Positions 61,260 to 64,000 of a stretch of 64,000 nucleotides of DNA are shown here, piece after piece. This stretch comes from Haplodiscus bocki. Lineage: Eukaryota. The translations under genes and the position numbers were made by a program. Under the pieces are notes generated by a model. That model saw only the letters and a list, made by a program, of their open reading frames with translations. It was not told the DNA's origin and made no database searches. The stretch spans positions 103,168,001-103,232,000 of the forward strand of contig OZ296648.1 in assembly GCA_965655095.1 (NCBI GenBank). The letters are read 5' to 3'. Numbering within the stretch: position 1 is the first letter of the stretch; every line of letters starts with the position of its first letter.

Positions 61260-63990
61260 ATCGTGGGCGTGACCAACTCGAAGTCAATGCTCAAAATGAC
61301 GTCTCTCAATACTGGAGGCTTTCAATCAACCAAAGAAACGCTGATCGAACAAATCGCATGGGAAAACGGAATCAAAATTGTCCTGATCCAAGAAACTCAT
61401 CGTGGCCAAAACATGAAGCTACCCAAAATCCCGGGGCTTGAACTCATCCTTGAATCTCCCCACCCCAAACATGTTCGCGCATTTTTTATCGAAGGATTAA
61501 ACTATGAACGAACAATAAGCTTAAAACGAGGCGATTACTTCGAAGCAATCAGTGTGCGCTTAAAATACGTGGCAGTCACGAGTGTATATAAACCCCTAAC
61601 ACCCCCTTCCCCGATACTTTCAAATTTACATCCGGAAAACCCACCCATGCAATACTGGGCGACTTCATTTTCCCTAGCTCGCTATGAGGATACCGAGAAG
61701 AAAACATAGCTGGCGGCAACCTCTTTGAAGCAACTGAAAAAATGTGTATGGAGCTGATTCGTGTCCGCTCCAAAACCGGAAGCTTCCTTCAATAGCTGTA
61801 GATGGCGGCGAAGTTATGACACGGGCGTAGTATTTGCTAGTACAAAGCTGAGTGGACTGGTGAAGAAGGACATACTCAGCCCAGTCCGTGAGGCGCAGCA
61901 CCAACCAATCTGCATGTAAGTTGGAAGCATAACTGATGTCACAACCGCAAAATTCCAGGGACGCCTCAATTTCAATAATAGCAGTGAAAATGGGAGGCAT
62001 TGTCAGAACTCATATCGAGGCATCCATCTTTTGAGTCGTCACTGAAGAACTGCGAGAAGTTCTCTTTTACTAAGAAAGCAGCTGGGAAGAACCTACCGGG
62101 AGGATGACGAGTGAAAATGATACCAGGCCCCGATGAACACCTAAGAACTTACTCTGTGAGTATGAGTGTGATTTCAGCGGGGACCTTTTCAGCGAGAGGA
62201 CGATTGCCTTAGGACAATTGCTGGCCAACGCCATCGATTGAAGCCGACAAAAAAACATGGGCCAAGTTTTCAGAGCAATGGCATGAAACGAAATTGCCAG
62301 AAGGTTTGGTGCAAGCTAGAGAAACGGTCAGCTGACGGAATAAGTGAGAGCACACCATCCATTGTCACCGCGAACCAACTTGCTTCATAGTTTTTGCTTA
62401 AAAACGAGCCGAGTGAAACCAGAGATGAATAAATCGAGCAACGCATCAACTTTCGCCGGACCCTACAGAAGTCGGTAGGTGTCCCAAGCTTTCAAGGAAT
62501 TGAAAATTGGTAAATCATTTGAAATCGATAACATTTGCGCCGATATGATTTCACAACTCCTCGAAAAAAATTCAGTGGTAAGCAGATATCTTCAGTGGTT
62601 GCACATAGACAGAATCTGGGTATCTTCTGAATTATCTGCCCTGCAATCCAGAGGAAATCAGAAATCCTTGCCTCGCCCAAACTCGGAAATTTCACGCCTA
62701 TTTTTCTTCGCGCAATTTACCAGCTCTGCGAACAAATTCTTAGCAACTGCCTAACGCCGATCATTGAACCACTGCTGATCCAGGAGCAGGATTTAGAGCC
62801 GACAAATCAACAACAGTCCGATACTGAAGCTGACCCAGTTCATTGAAGACGGCTTCGAGAAGAGCGATTTCACAACTGCTGTCTTCATAGACCTCAGGAC
62901 AGCATTTGACACCGTCGATCACCAGAAACTTGAAAACAAACTTCATCCTGACAACTACAAGTTGACGAGATTTATCATGAATCTCTCTGCGAATCGACGT
63001 CTTTACTTTGAACAGAAGAGCAGGTGGCAGGAACAAGAACGGACTACTCGAAGGAAGTGTCCTAGACCCCGTGTTGTTCAACATATTCACGGACGATCAA
63101 CCCCCGCTTTCGGAAACACGTAAATTTATTTATGTAAATGACCGTGCTATGGCTTGCCAGAAAATTACCGTAATCGAAGTTGAACATACACTGGAACAAC
63201 GCTCGAAGGTCCTAAAAAATAACGTAAGGTCTAGAGAAATAACGATCTCTGACCAAATACATCGAAAACTGAGACTTGTATCTTCGACTTGAGAAATAGA
63301 GTGGGTCATACGCAAACGCAACTAACCTTGAATTGAACCGCACTAAAGCATTCATCAAATCCAAAGTACTTGGGCATAATCTTGGAGGGGACGCTGACAT
63401 GTGTAGATCAGTGTAGCAACACCCGAATGAAAGCGTATGCTCGGATTCACCTGTGGAAGCTGACATCAGCTTCGTAGGATCAAACCCAACCGTCCTCTAG
63501 ACCAGGGCATTCGTTCATTTTTTCCACAGTAGAATACGATTGCCCTGTCTGGTCCCGATCGAGTGACTGCCAGAAAGCGGATGAAGCTGATAACTTCATC
63601 CGATGAGTGAGAACTGTCGAAAATTGACTGGATGCAATAATTAGACGAAATCGGGCAAGTACATACTGGTGGGAATCAGCTCCCCACAATTTTCAAGTCA
63701 AGCTTGCACCCGGAAGGAAAAATGGAATTAAAAAGACGCCTTTGCCGTCAAAGCACCTCGACCAATAGACTGAAATCCCGGCAAAGTTTCTTGAAAACCA
63801 CTAGAACATTCCAGAAGTAGATGGTTTCAATGTCAAGAAATAGAGACGGTGAATGCTCTAAGAGGGTAACATGCATCCCAAGATGAGGACTGACACCTAC
63901 CTGGCGGGAACCTTCCGTGGAATAGCTTATACAGACTTCGAGCTGAAGCAGGAAAGTGTCACATTACCTTTTTTTTTAGGTGGGGTGGAA
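61260..63990 (+). mobile_element. Decayed Ingi/Vingi-like non-LTR retrotransposon (EN+RT)
   Basis: Motifs LIQETHRG..PKIPG...PHPKH, VTSVYKP, ASFNSCRWRRSY, LTQFIEDGFE, FIDLRTAFDTVDH, KNGL.EGSVL.PVLFNIFTDDQP, KFIYVND and LYRLR..AGKC near the window end. Many stops. Confidence 0.8.
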
Positions 63991-64000
63991 AAGACGCCCC

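Noticed and set aside
61120-61260. HDV-like ribozyme or 2A peptide at the 5' end of the Vingi-like element
   Set aside because: Expected for the clade, but only a short hairpin is visible and there is no NPGP motif; an Infernal search would be needed.
1-64000. Most short ORFs in the six-frame track
   Set aside because: They are antisense shadows of TE ORFs, microsatellite or N-gap artefacts, or chance TTG/GTG-started frames.

Overview
AT-rich, repeat-dense eukaryotic (animal) genomic DNA with a 200-N assembly gap at 20021-20220. The repeat landscape reminds me of acoel flatworm assemblies, but that is recollection and is not verified here. Most of the window is layered transposon debris. It includes a CACTG-ended foldback DNA element, a Penelope RT relic, two near-intact CR1-clade LINEs, a pol-deleted Gypsy-like element with about 1.5-kb LTRs, a related solo LTR, a TRIM-like mini LTR unit, a decayed BEL/Pao element, another decayed Gypsy, decayed CR1/L2 and Vingi-like LINEs, and MITEs. 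Four phase-compatible exons (51816-56844, +) encode a divergent RhoGEF DH domain of a host gene. The most unusual observations are: (1) a Gypsy-like family whose gag ORF starts inside the LTR and reads in frame through a tandem array of four LTR-end/PBS junctions; (2) a Gypsy carrying a TARG1/OARD1-type macrodomain after integrase, about 0.7 kb from a decayed JmjC-like ORF; (3) a CR1 insertion with a perfect 77-bp target-site duplication, a possible extra upstream ORF and a candidate -1 frameshift site. All protein-family calls come from motif recognition by eye; no database searches were run.
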